In this document: piece by piece, positions 11,901 to 21,965 of the stretch | Layout of the letters: each line of letters begins with the position of its first letter | Position numbering within the stretch: position 1 is the stretch's first letter | Assembly: GCA_000934665.2 (NCBI GenBank) | Contig: KZ538308.1 | Coordinates: 62,001 to 84,992, forward strand | Direction: 5' to 3' | DNA from: Catajapyx aquilonaris | Lineage: Eukaryota | DNA: 22,992 nucleotides | Translations under genes and position numbers: made by a program | Notes under the pieces: generated by a model | Seen by the model: only the letters and a program-made list of their open reading frames with translations | Databases searched by the model: none | What the model was told of the DNA's origin: nothing

Positions 11901-13507
11901 GAGCTTGGAAAGAAAAATAATCAGAAAAAAAAAGTAGTTGGAGCCAACGGAAACGTATCTTCCTGCGTTGGAGGATGTGGGTTACTTGGAAATTAACCTG
12001 AAGGCTTGGCACTGAAAGAAACGGGGGTTTCTTCCACTATGCTAATGAAGAATCAAAACCAAGATGCAAGTACAGTTCTTCATTCGAGCATTACCACGAC
12101 CGCGTTATGGTTTTGGTACTTATCGCAACCTTCGTGACTTTATCACCCGTTATCTAATCAACCGAAAGGCGCTACGGTAACAATCTGCTGCCATGTTCAT
12201 CCATTATATTTCCTTATTCATTCACTGACTTATTAATCCCAAGTCGTGCCGCATAGTTCACCAAATTGTATTGAAATACAGAAACAGTAATGTATTTACT
12301 TACTGTATATTACTATCCCAGCAATCATCTCCATACACGTACAAAGTATCACAAATATTGTACTTGTATGCCACAAATCATATGTTACAGTATTTTAAAA
12401 ACCCACATGTACTGCTGAACTGCATTAGCATATCACTGATATCCCACACTCACATCAAAGATATGTCAGTGTACATTATATGATTTTTTTTAAGTTTGGA
12501 AAAGAGTCAGCATTGTCATTTATATGCAACTCACCTTAACAATGTCAGCAAGGGTGATGTCATTAAAATTTTATACATACAGGACAGCTGCCGCGTGAAA
12601 TTTGACCTTCAGTGATGCATACATTTCCCTTAAAAATATCAATTACATATGCCGATTTGTACTAGATTGCGACGAATTTGCATTGTAGCGAAATTTAGTG
12701 TCGTCTTTTTGGGCGCTGCAGTACAATTCCTGGAGGCTCTCTAAGTACCGTTCAAATCATGAAAATATGAACGGAATTCAATCGTTCTTGTAATTTCCAT
12801 ATCAGCCAACTGAAAATACCGAATGAATCAACCTAGAAAAATTAGGAATGAATCACATGCCAAGTCAAAGCTGAGGAATGATACGGACGTAACCGCATGT
12901 ATCCCAAAAGGTGACGTCAACTTTCGCACAACATCGTTACTCATATAACGTGCGTTGTAATACTTTCGCAAATGAACGTCCCTCCGGTACATATGATGTG
13001 AGGTAATTCCAGGCGTGTTTGGGACGCTCCTATGAATAATTCACCAAAGGGGGACTCATACTTTGGGCTGACGTCACCCTCTCCTCGCCAAAAAGGCTCT
13101 TGACACGTGTGTGTGTATGTCTCGAAAGGGTGTGCCGGGTATGAATGTCACCAAGCCACACTCATGAATCACTCGGGTAAAACCAATTCCCGCCATTTTA
13201 AGCATCGAAATTCAATTTTGGCCAAAATGTCACGTGCCTTTGTGGTCAATTTCACGGGTATTTGGCCCGCTTCAAAACCTCAACACTTTTTTTTACACCT
13301 TAATTTTGCGAGTCAGTCACGGTCGAGTAGTCCCTTTCCGTTTAATTGTAAGCCCGTTAATTTTTCCCGCCGCTGCAAGTCTTTGTCCTCCGGCAGGTTA
13401 ATGTGTGTCCAATCTTACCGGACACGAAGATTGTCCAGGAAGGACTCGGTGTTGATCTGGTCCAGCAGGACAAAATCCCCGATGCCAACTTCATCCTGGG
13501 CCGTCAT
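2753..13507 (-). CDS. Myo1D: Unconventional class I myosin (myosin ID / Myo31DF-like), complete: join(13507-13419,7362-7256,7191-6996,6821-6386,6327-6124,6026-5599,5313-4864,4653-4158,3729-3433,3376-3222,2975-2753) = 3081 nt, 1026 aa
   Basis: All 10 introns are GT-AG with matching phases. Motifs: N-terminal [10 protein letters not shown]-loop GESGSGKT, switch [10 protein letters not shown], switch II DIYGFE, two IQ-like motifs, TH1 tail ([41 protein letters not shown]). No SH3 domain. [14 protein letters not shown] and the short tail fit the Myo1D/G subclass. Confidence 0.93.
3222..3376 (-). CDS. Myo1D: Myo1D exon 10 (TH1)
   Basis: ttttttag| [25 protein letters not shown]...RVGELVGVL... AT|gtaagt; follows a 56-nt intron; not in the ORF track. 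Confidence 0.92.
3433..3729 (-). CDS. Myo1D: Myo1D exon 9 (TH1)
   Basis: tctcttccag| [11 protein letters not shown]...WEGNYL...KKVNRHN...IPIHD|gtaaga. Confidence 0.92.
4158..4653 (-). CDS. Myo1D: Myo1D exon 8 (converter, IQ motifs, start of TH1)
   Basis: ggatacag| YKMIS...[10 protein letters not shown]...LQKLWRG...PQLRLK|gtcagt. Confidence 0.93.
4864..5313 (-). CDS. Myo1D: Myo1D exon 7
   Basis: cccctgcag| KLTPLDK...HYAGDV...[10 protein letters not shown]...VRVRRAGFA...FLR AG|gtgcag. Confidence 0.93.
5599..6026 (-). CDS. Myo1D: Myo1D exon 6 (switch II, relay)
   Basis: ttccacag| AIYDRMF...VLDIYGFE...NEKLQQLF...HYTS AG|gtagaa. Confidence 0.95.
6124..6327 (-). CDS. Myo1D: Myo1D exon 5
   Basis: cctcgcag| GNVNFKEDG...GRDALAK|gtaaca; follows a 58-nt intron. 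Confidence 0.93.
6386..6821 (-). CDS. Myo1D: Myo1D exon 4 (switch I)
   Basis: ttttccag| VKNVLLQSN...[10 protein letters not shown]...ATLHL|gtaaga. Confidence 0.95.
6996..7191 (-). CDS. Myo1D: Myo1D exon 3 (P-loop)
   Basis: ttctttccag| [12 protein letters not shown]...[12 protein letters not shown]...EIE AG|gtaggt. Confidence 0.95.
7256..7362 (-). CDS. Myo1D: Myo1D exon 2
   Basis: ttctctttcag| [20 protein letters not shown]...QYK G|gtaagt. Confidence 0.93.
7505..7845 (+). mobile_element. Decayed 3' end of a CR1/L2-group LINE ORF2
   Basis: Frameshifted remnants in the expected order: GFIY...TYVS (7505), IQEAANF (7587), TLKNRR (7636), [11 protein letters not shown] (~7810-7842), resembling LGFI..Y.SLVR / VQRRAARF / TLE.RR / SFFPRT..WN.LP. 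Confidence 0.4.
13419..13507 (-). CDS. Myo1D: Myo1D coding exon 1 ([30 protein letters not shown])
   Basis: Too short for the ORF track. ATG at 13507; phase-2 donor CG|gtaaga joins exon 2 (G TAC AAC) in frame; DFVLLD...F.DNL..R is the conserved myosin-I N-terminus. Confidence 0.92.
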
Positions 13508-13608
13508 CCCCTAGTCTTCCTACTTCTTTTCTTGTGATTCCACCGACCACCAACAAAGACCTTTTTTTTTTCCTCCGGCACAACCTTCTCTAGAGCCCGC
13601 CAAGAGCC

Positions 13609-13740
13609 AACTGACTCCAACAACTGCTGCCGCCCAAACCATCAACCAAGTATCGATACGGTTAATGGCGATACGATACCCGATTCTTAGTTGGAAATTC
13701 AAGGTTGCGAAATATTTACAAAGTAGTAGTAATATCGATG
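13609..13740 (-). promoter_or_regulatory. Probable Myo1D core promoter: perfect DRE TATCGATA (13651-13658), near-DRE (13733-13740), Inr TCAGTT (13614-13609)
   Basis: Motifs read directly. The Inr is ~105 nt upstream of the ATG and ~40 nt downstream of the DRE, a known arthropod core-promoter arrangement. Confidence 0.55.
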
Positions 13741-13969
13741 CTGCAATGCAAAAACCGGGTTTAACATGGGCATGTCCTAGAAACAACTCGGATGAGTCAC
13801 CAGCAGCAGTTAGCGCATTGGACGCCATCTGTTCAAAGCAAGGCGAAGCAGATGGATTCAAATTGGCACACACTAATATGCAAAAATGTGCACTGCCGCA
13901 AAAAAAATTTGTTTATGCCAACATGGTACATTGTACTGTACTGTTAAAAAATCAATGATCTGTGGAATT

Positions 13970-14014
13970 AAATAACAACACTGTAACTTACAACACTGAA
14001 AAATGATATTTAAT
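13970..14014 (-). terminator. Candidate VPS13D polyadenylation signal ATTAAA (14014-14009) with GU-rich downstream element
   Basis: Minus strand reads ATTAAA ~200 nt after the stop, followed by TCAGTGTTGTAAGTTACAGTGTTGTTATTT. Confidence 0.45.
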
Positions 14015-14212
14015 TCGAAAGGTCTGAATAGCACATCAATCACAATAGACAATACTTTGGTTTATAAAATGATAATCACATCCAGTTTCTAAATACTGAA
14101 TTTACAGATAACAATAATGCTTATCACAGTGAAAGCTACATCTTTTACTTTACAGTTCAATCTCTTTTCTTTGTGACTCACTTTTTATCCTAACAAAATA
14201 TGTATTTTTTTT

Positions 14213-14299
14213 TCAGTCGTCTTCAAGTTGAGGAAGCAGAACAAGTGTCTGCTTCCTCTCTTCGTACATTCCTTTGGCATAGTTGATCTGTTGCGCCAC
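14213..14299 (-). CDS. VPS13D: VPS13D terminal exon (VAQQINYAKGMYEERKQTLVLLPQLEDD*)
   Basis: ttttattgcag| phase 0; INYAK motif; TGA at 14215-14213; not in the ORF track. Confidence 0.9.
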   Translation of the reverse strand: MAQQINYAKGMYEERKQTLVLLPQLEDD

Positions 14300-17200
14300 C
14301 TGCAATAAAATTGTGGTAGATAATTATATTTACCTTTCAAGTTAACTGAGGTCCACTCAAATAATTTTGGCTACCATCATGGTGATAGATAATATTGTTA
14401 TAAACACAAATGAGGTTCAATTTAAATGACATATCCTATTGCTTCTGCCTATCACTTTGAATTCAATGCATTTCTGGATATCCAGGACCAAAAAATTCTA
14501 TCAATTCAACACTGGAAACTTACCCTCTTCCCAACAGCTTCACTCTCGCATCGCACCTGTGGTCCCTTCTGCACTACCACGTATTCCTCCAATTCATTTG
14601 GCTCTAACCCTGAGGCCAACGCCTCAGTATGGGCCACCCTAGTCTTCATATCCATCTCCAAGTACACCTTATTCTCCTTAGTAGTCACCACATCACATCG
14701 TGACAGCTCCGCAAGCGACAGTTGCAGCACCACTGCAACCCCTCCAGTAGAAGAAGATCTGTTTCGGTTCAAACTGACCACACGAATTTTCTCACCAGAC
14801 ACCAGCACTCTAAGATCTTCACTACCCCCAAGCAAGATCTCATAAGAAATGAACAGTTCATGATGGTTGCGACCATTCACGTCTAGGAGCATAGATTGCC
14901 CGTGGGCCTGCTGTCCTTGGTATGAAGGAAGGAGGGACCCAGGCCCAATAACCACCCGGGTGGGTCGGATGCGATCTGGTGCACGACGGGCAGCACTCCG
15001 GCTGGAGTCACGTACAGCACTGGCAGCACCAGTCGCCAGGTCTAGGACACCCACAGCTGGCTTAGTCACAGTTCCAACAATGCCCTTGCCCAGTCCTGCT
15101 ATGAAGCCTTGTACACCCTCAGTTGCTGCTCCATGATATGTTTGGGAAAAAATGCTTGTGGCACCACCCCACAGACCATGTCCTAAGCCCTTGAGACCAG
15201 CCACTAGATGGTGCGCACCAGAATTCACATGCCGTCCCTTAATTCTCATGCGTCTCTCCTCATGAGATTCGTCTAATGTTACCTTACCAAGACCATCTGA
15301 TAGTGAACCAGTTACTTTGGCTGCAGAGTCAGATATCCCATGGGTCACATTCTTCACCAAAGCAGTAAGATCACCTTCGTCTATGAAGGTGGTGACACCC
15401 TCTGTCACATCATTGACAAACCCTAGAGGATTTCCAAGGAAATCCGTGGCAGCAAGTATGACTGGTGCTTGTGAGGTGAGCTCGTATAAATAGTGGTTCC
15501 ACACAGACTCGGCCAGCATTTGTAGCGTCTCAAATGGATGCGCCTTCACATACGGGTCCAGCTGCACTAAAGCATCCTCAAAACGCATCAATGATAAATT
15601 CAGCTTCCGCCTCACAATCTGAAGCTCGGGAGATAGCTTGGAAGAAGTCACCACACTTAGGCGAACCTGCAGAAAGAACACGTTCTCTCATGAGACACTA
15701 CTGTCTGTAACTGTCATTTGGTTGTGAACTAAAGGACCCAATTCAAGACGGGTAGAGGACAAAATTAGATTGTTTACCCCTACAACCAGTTTACAAATGT
15801 GCAAATGAAAAAAGAGGAACTTGTCAAATTAGGGCTAACTGTGCCACCCCCACTCACCTGATCCAATGCCAGCTTCAAGTTGCTGAAGTAATAGCGCTTG
15901 GAATGAACTGATGCTGCCATGAGTGCTCTCTGTGCTGCTTCGAACTCACCCCCATTACCCTTTTCAGCCTCCACGTCTGGCTGGTTATACCCACAAAATG
16001 CCAACAGCTTGCAGAGTAGCTGCTCCTCAACATTGACAGTCAGGTTTTTGACAGTGGCCATCAGGTGCTTGTATATCTCTGCATTGGGGCTTCCTTGAGG
16101 ATCACGGTGCACTGTGAAGCGCAATGCTGGCAAATGCCGTTGCTCATCTCCTCTGACAGCTGGTGTCACAAAAATCGACACTGGATAATAGGCATCCAGT
16201 AGCTGATTGTCAACTTGGAAGTCCTGGACACTGCCATCCAGTGTCATCTGTGTGGGAGTTGAGGCAAACTGGAGCACCACTCTTTGAAGCTTGGCATAGA
16301 CTAACTCCTCAGGTGGGTTATTTGCCACAATTGAGAATCCAAGGCCACCATCCAGTTGTAATTTCACTGACAGCTCCCGATCCACTTGTTTCAAAGGCTT
16401 TGCCATGGAGTCATGGTTGGTGTCTTTCCGAGGTTCAATCAATCTAGTTATCTTAGCACCTGACACATAAAGCCAGTCCTTCTCCAGCACACGTGCAAAT
16501 ACTTTTGTCTGAAAAACAAGTGACAAGGAATTATTGTGATTAATTCATCGAGATCTTTCTTCAGCTATTCTAATAGTCGTGTTTTAACAGACAAATTAAT
16601 TCAACCTATTTTAACTACAGAAAACCAATATGTGCAGTATTTAAAAAAAATGCATATCTTACTTATTATTCTTTACTAAACACATCATAAATGTGGCTAG
16701 TACAAAAGCTTGATGAGCATGCATTTGTTGTATGAATTTGCCCACCTTTTGTTGTATGTCGAAGATCTGCACCACTCTTGTGGGTCCATCTTGCACTACT
16801 CGCACTGAGAGGAAACCAGACCCAGGATGCATTTTCTGCCTTCCTACAGCCTGCTCTATGGGTACTCCATTCTCCATGCAAATGTGGCATACTGGCTGGT
16901 GCGGGCCCAAAACAACCTCGTTCCCTGAAAGAGTACATGCTTCTTCTTGAGACTTCATTACTGCTAATGATGCACACATAAAAAAGGGTCTTGTCAAATA
17001 TGCATATGAGACTGATGATGCAGTTAGATGAGGTGTGTGAAGCAAATTCAATTTTATTTTGTTGTAATAGAGTAGATGATTTCTTGGGAGCAATAAATTT
17101 TCAAGTATGATATGCATTCATGAATTCCTTGAATTGGACAAGCCCCTTTGGAAAATCCAAACTCCAGGCCTACATGCATCAAACTCGATGTGTACTGTTG

Positions 17201-20200
17201 TGAGATCAGATAAACACAGGGTAATGAAGCATATGCCAAAAGTCTGTGGTATTTCACTATGAAATAGATGAGATAACCAACATGATCTGCAACATCAGAT
17301 AACAATTTTAAGTTTTTTACATAATTATGTATTACCCTGGATTGTCACTTCCCTCTGTTTTTATCCACAACAGTACCTTGAAAAGCTTGAATACCACAAA
17401 AAAGAAATGCAAACACTATCAGAAATAGCCTTAAATGTAACTGACTCCTTAATGACCGTGAAATACTGCAACTAATTGATTACAGTGCAATCTACCATGC
17501 TAAAACACATAGTCTACCCCTGTAATCATGGAAGACTACATACACAGTTGCCAACAGGCACCACCTGCAATGCAAAACATTTGCTTAATATTTTTAATCA
17601 GCCCTCTAGTAAGCCTACCTAGCTGCACTTTTATAAAGCTATATGTTAAAACTTAGTTGTCAGTGATGAATACTGCAAAAGTCACACATTATCTTTAATG
17701 ATATTTTAGTACTCATTGTAACATGACTTGTTCAGATCTCGCACCTACTCCTTGAAACCATTAACACCAGAAGTCTTCACATATGATATGCAACACTTGG
17801 TTTAATACTGCAGCTCATAAAGACCCCTGTCATAAAAAGCTAAGCTGACCAACTGACCTTTCCTGAGCCCTTGAAACCCATCTTTGGCTTGAACACACAT
17901 GTTCCCATACTGGCAGCAGAGCCTCCCCATCTCAGTGAACCTCCACTTCTGGGTTGCTTGCCTCCTCCTGTCCTGCTTCCTCAGCATCAAAGGGACGTAC
18001 TCGGTAGGCTGTGGAGCCAGAGTGGCAATGTCCAGTACCCACACATTATCGGAGCTTTCAGAATCTGAAGAAGAGTAGTGGTGCCTTGGGTCTCTGGGTG
18101 GAGAGGAGCCCTCATGTTGCAGGACTCCTGAAATTGTCATGCGCCAAAGCTGCGACCTCTTTCCTGGCTCCTTGGGACGAAGGACCACACGTGTGCCATC
18201 CACAACATCAAGAACAAGTTCCTGACGTCCAGCGCAACACAGTTCATCCTTCACAGGTGACAGTCTGCAAGCAAATAATAATTCTTATGTGTTTTTTTTT
18301 TTGACAGGTGGCAAGGTAACCATAAAAGTGAATTTAAAATCTCAAGTCATCTGGTACAAAGCAAAACTGGTTGAGAGAAACACTGGTCTGGCCAACAACT
18401 TCACATGCATAATTAAGTATCTCTTCAAAACTAAACAATCATACCATAGTTCATAAAATTTTCACATACTCTGGAAAGGTGCCAATGAATGCGATGTAGA
18501 TGAAATTCTCATAGGTGAGCTGCTCAGCATCCCCAAAGTGGTTCATGTCATATGCGTGTGAGACTCCTCCTGGTGCCACAATGACCAGCTTCTGAGGCAA
18601 AACTGGTTCATCCCATGCATAGGGAACAGAGGACTGTGGACGGACTTGTGAATGCAACCGTTCCTCTGTCACTTTTTCTTGGTGGTAGGTAAGTGGGACC
18701 AGGCTGAAGTTGTCCACTCTTAGAGGAGGAGGAAGAGAGGCACCGTCCGTCACAACCACAAAATACGTGGGCCCTTGCAAGATTATCTCAATGCGGAGGA
18801 AATGGGATCTTCCCTCTTCATCTCGGACGTTCAAGTGGAAGGAGTCCACCTTCTCAATGTGGAATCCACCAGACCAGTTGCACCCCAGTATGTCCGCCAT
18901 GCGAATACACAGGAGTTGGTCTTTATCGAGGCGGGGCCAGTGGAATGGGAGGCAGCACTCAGGAAATGCCATCAGGTATGTAGACTGAGCTGCAGGGTCT
19001 CTCTGTTTAGATCAAATAAATTATGTAAAATCTGTAGTACAGTAGCATTTACATATTTGGGAGAAACAAATATGGTTCAAGCAATGACAGACTTCTTTAG
19101 GAAACAAGATAAATATGGATAATGTGCCCCAAGGCATTCGTTAGGAACAACCCAATTCTTTCTTTTTCCTCATTTAAAAAAATTCACAAGCCTTTCAGTT
19201 GTTGCAAGTTTAAATTGCTACCAGAAAGCATTTATAACCAAAATTTCAAACCTGGAATTAGACATTTTAGTACTTACAAAGGATGTGGTAAAACATCTCT
19301 GTGCAAGCTGCAGGCTGTGGCTTGACTTGTTGTGAAGCTGGAATCTTGGTGATATCGTAATTATGTGTGTGTCTCTATACCTTCCTCTTCCTGGCCTCAC
19401 TTCAATTCCCAGTATGTACACCACGTCAGGGTGGGAGTCTCGTGGTGTGACATGAACACGTCTCACACGCACACCAGTGTGGACTTGGAATGCTTTGCAC
19501 CACTGCAATATGAGAATAACAATATTAACCCACAAAATATTACATTTTTATAGAAATATCATGAGTGATGAACTGTTCATTGCACAAAATAGGATAGCAC
19601 AAAGCTGCAACACACTGCCATGATTCAAAACAACTTCAAAGCAAAAATGCTCTACAGTTAGCCCCAGTCCTACAGGCAGAAAAGATGTAGCAGACTTGGC
19701 ATCCTCATTCAATGGGTTCAATGACAATCATTCCTAAGTAAAAAAACGTGGATGCAGACCTTCGGTCTCCCATGTGGATGGATAGCCTGTCCCACCCGCA
19801 TGACAAGGGAGGCACTGGCCTGCCTATCTGAAAAGTAGAATAAGAGAGGGGCCACCATGCGGGCAACCTCATGCTCCTCGTATTGCCCTGCTGCTTCCTG
19901 AGGTGCGCCATCTTGACGGAATATCAGAGGCAAGCCAGTCTTGTTCAGGATCCAGTATGCAGAGCTCACAGACAACTAGAATAGTGAGCATGACAAGTCA
20001 GGCTTGCAGAACCCATTACATGTCAAAATGTCAGCATTCATCTAACTCTACCTTAAGGGCCCCTCCTGGCACAGGCATAATCCTGACATGCAGCATGAGC
20101 AGCCTGTTTAGAGGGTCGTACAGCCTGATCCTTGCAACAAATCCAGATGTTCCAGGAGCCACCATGAGTGCGTCACTCTGTGTAAAGGTTTCCGTTTGAA

Positions 20201-20448
20201 AGGACACCTGAAGTGACTGTTCAACATCCGCCCATGGCAAGGGCATGTCTTTTCCAGCCTTGATCTCCCCACCAAGGCCCCTCTGGTCCTTCACCTCATA
20301 ACGTAGGTCATACGAAAGGAGATTGACTATGCGGACTGGAGGAACCAGAGTGATGCAGTGAGCTGGCTGGACCCAGAGGGAGTTGGACAAGGCCGTCTCA
20401 GGAGGGGTGTCAGCTGGGAAGTTCTCACGTCGAATCCATACACAGAAC
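14213..20448 (-). CDS. VPS13D: Vacuolar protein sorting 13D (intermembrane lipid transfer protein), 3' part: join(20448-20052,19975-19760,19502-19278,19002-18470,18264-17858,16924-16746,16508-15858,15666-14524,14299-14213), ~1278 aa; 5' exons lie outside the window
   Basis: VAB/SHR-BD repeats (YWILNKTGLPLIFRQ, FHWPR, YAWDEP); ricin-type QxW segment (SQLWRMT, TQKWRFT) characteristic of VPS13D; VPS13 C-terminal region (FQVDNQL, DFLGNPLG, GKGIVGTVTKPAVGVLD); terminal INYAK motif. Phases are consistent across all 8 complete introns. Confidence 0.94.
14524..15666 (-). CDS. VPS13D: VPS13D exon (C-terminal ATG2_C-like and PH-like region)
   Basis: tctttctgcag| VRLSVVTS...DFLGNPLG...GPQVRCESEAVGKR|gtaagt. 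Confidence 0.95.
15858..16508 (-). CDS. VPS13D: VPS13D exon
   Basis: tgtttttcag| TKVFAR...PEELVYA...FQVDNQL...KRYYFSNL...DQ|gtgagt. Confidence 0.92.
16746..16924 (-). CDS. VPS13D: VPS13D exon
   Basis: actctttcag| (G)NEVVLGP...QKMHPGSGFLSV...DGPTRV...QQK|gtgggc; alternative in-frame exon starts at 16960/16963. Confidence 0.85.
17858..18264 (-). CDS. VPS13D: VPS13D exon (ricin-type beta-trefoil)
   Basis: tgcttgcag| LSPVKDE...KEPGKRSQLWRMT...HEGSSPP...TQKWRFT...GLRK G|gtcagt. Confidence 0.92.
18470..19002 (-). CDS. VPS13D: VPS13D exon
   Basis: ctaaacag| RDPAAQSTYL...FHWPR...WSGGF...YAWDEP...LTYENFIYIAF...P GA|gtatgt. The phase-0 acceptor was chosen to match the upstream donor. Confidence 0.88.
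19278..19502 (-). CDS. VPS13D: VPS13D exon
   Basis: tattgcag| WCKAF...YILGIEVRPGRGRY...PRFQLHNKS...TTSF|gtaagt. Confidence 0.92.
19760..19975 (-). CDS. VPS13D: VPS13D exon
   Basis: tattctag| LSVSSAYWILNKTGLPL...AAGQYEEHE...GRPK|gtctgc. Confidence 0.9.
20052..20448 (-). CDS. VPS13D: VPS13D exon (first in window)
   Basis: aacaaaaag| G TTC = FCVWIRRENFP...QPAHCITLVPP...GGALK|gtagag; acceptor is atypical. Confidence 0.85.
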
Positions 20449-21216
20449 CTTTTTGTTCACATTAAGTTCATTTTAAAAGACATCCACTGATGAAATGTAA
20501 AATATATTACGGTACTTGATAAACATGTACGCTAAGCATTCATTACCACTAGTGCTCATCAGAATACTGTAAATTAGCCACATACAGTACAATTTCAGTT
20601 AGCACATCTTTGGTAAAATTTCATTAGTCAACAGTTTCATCAACAATTTTAACCAGAGTATTATACAAAATTCTAAAATAGATCATTATTAATTTCTGTA
20701 TACTGTAATTATTTCTAAACAATACAAAATGGAAAAGTGTTGTTCGCATTTTAATGCATGAATATGTGTTTCTTCTTCTGCCTAAATCAGCAGCATGCAT
20801 CATACATGCCGATGTGCATAATAAGTTATCTCATGTGGCACATACTCCCCACACACTATCCTCGTACCCGAGGCGGCCCTAGGGGGCAGCCTCAGGCCAG
20901 GTGCCTGGGGCTTACTCAGCATGTTCTGGGAAGTGACAACTCATGACAAGTGGCAAAGCCAAAAGGGTTCCTTATTTCAGACTTCACGGTCAGTTCGAAA
21001 AAGGCTCTGGAAAGTGATACCCAGTGGTGTGACGAGAGTGAGTAAGTGAGGGGTTCTGCTGCATGTGTACTGCTTGTCGCATTCATTTGAGTGTGAAAGC
21101 AAGCAGTGTGATTGAATACGTGAAGTGGCATATCCAGCACAGGAATTAGCACACACTCGGTATGTGCTTCTTTCGTTACATTTTGTCAATGGAATCAGCA
21201 TGGTGAGTAATTAGAC

Positions 21217-21500
21217 CAGTGCTTCCCAATCTTTTTCATTGGCGACCCCAAAAAATCGGCTCGTAAAATTCGCGACCCTCCAAATCTGCACATTTGGATC
21301 CCACAACATGAAAAGACAGGCAAACAGTGAAATGAAAAATCATTGACAACTACTGTCGAGTGTCTGAACTGTTTTGTAACTTACTTTGTGGCCATAATTT
21401 TCATGAGAGATAGCATCATTTTGTGGGGGGGAAATGTGTTATCATCCCTCGTGATCCCAAATATAAGTGAAGTTCGCGACCCCCAGTTTGGGAAGCACTG
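21217..21500. mobile_element. hAT (Charlie/Buster-type) MITE, 284 bp, intact ends
   Basis: Perfect 13-bp TIR CAGTGCTTCCCAA / TTGGGAAGCACTG; perfect 8-bp TSD AATTAGAC (21209-21216 and 21501-21508) with central TA; subterminal GCGACCC motifs; non-coding. Confidence 0.92.
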
Positions 21501-21965
21501 AATTAGACACTCTTACTGCCAGTTGTGTCAAGCCAGGAAAGAGATACATGCAGGATTAATATTTAGTACTGTACAGTACCATTCTGCGATGCTCTCTTAT
21601 GTTTTTCAATAATTGCTAATAACTCAAAATATATTTTGAGAATTTATTTTAAAAATTCACCTCTTCAATTTTGCTTCATCTAAAACACAATTTTATATGC
21701 GAAAAACGGAGAGGCTGAGTTGTCCTGCGGTAACGTACGCGCCCACGGATGTTAAGGTCCCAGGTTCGATCCCAGCCCGGGGACACCCCCTTCATCTCGT
21801 GCAGAGTTCATGGTCACCTCTGGCTTCGTCTCGGGTGGTATTTCCACAGACTAAACCACCCGGGGGAATTCACTAAAAATGGCCACAGCGTCAGATGCAC
21901 TGCACCTTGCACATCCCCTCCTGTCATCCTGCCCGTGGCCCCGGGAGATACGCTAAATAGGTACC

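Noticed and set aside
20868..20912. GC-rich GGCGGCCCTAGGGGGC...GCCTGGGGC patch
   Set aside because: Resembles hAT MITE internal motifs but is too short, with no termini, to call.
20916..21201. Minus-strand ORFs and a GA|gtaagc donor as the next upstream VPS13D exon
   Set aside because: The phase-compatible frame is closed by a stop ~20 codons upstream and does not look like VPS13D.
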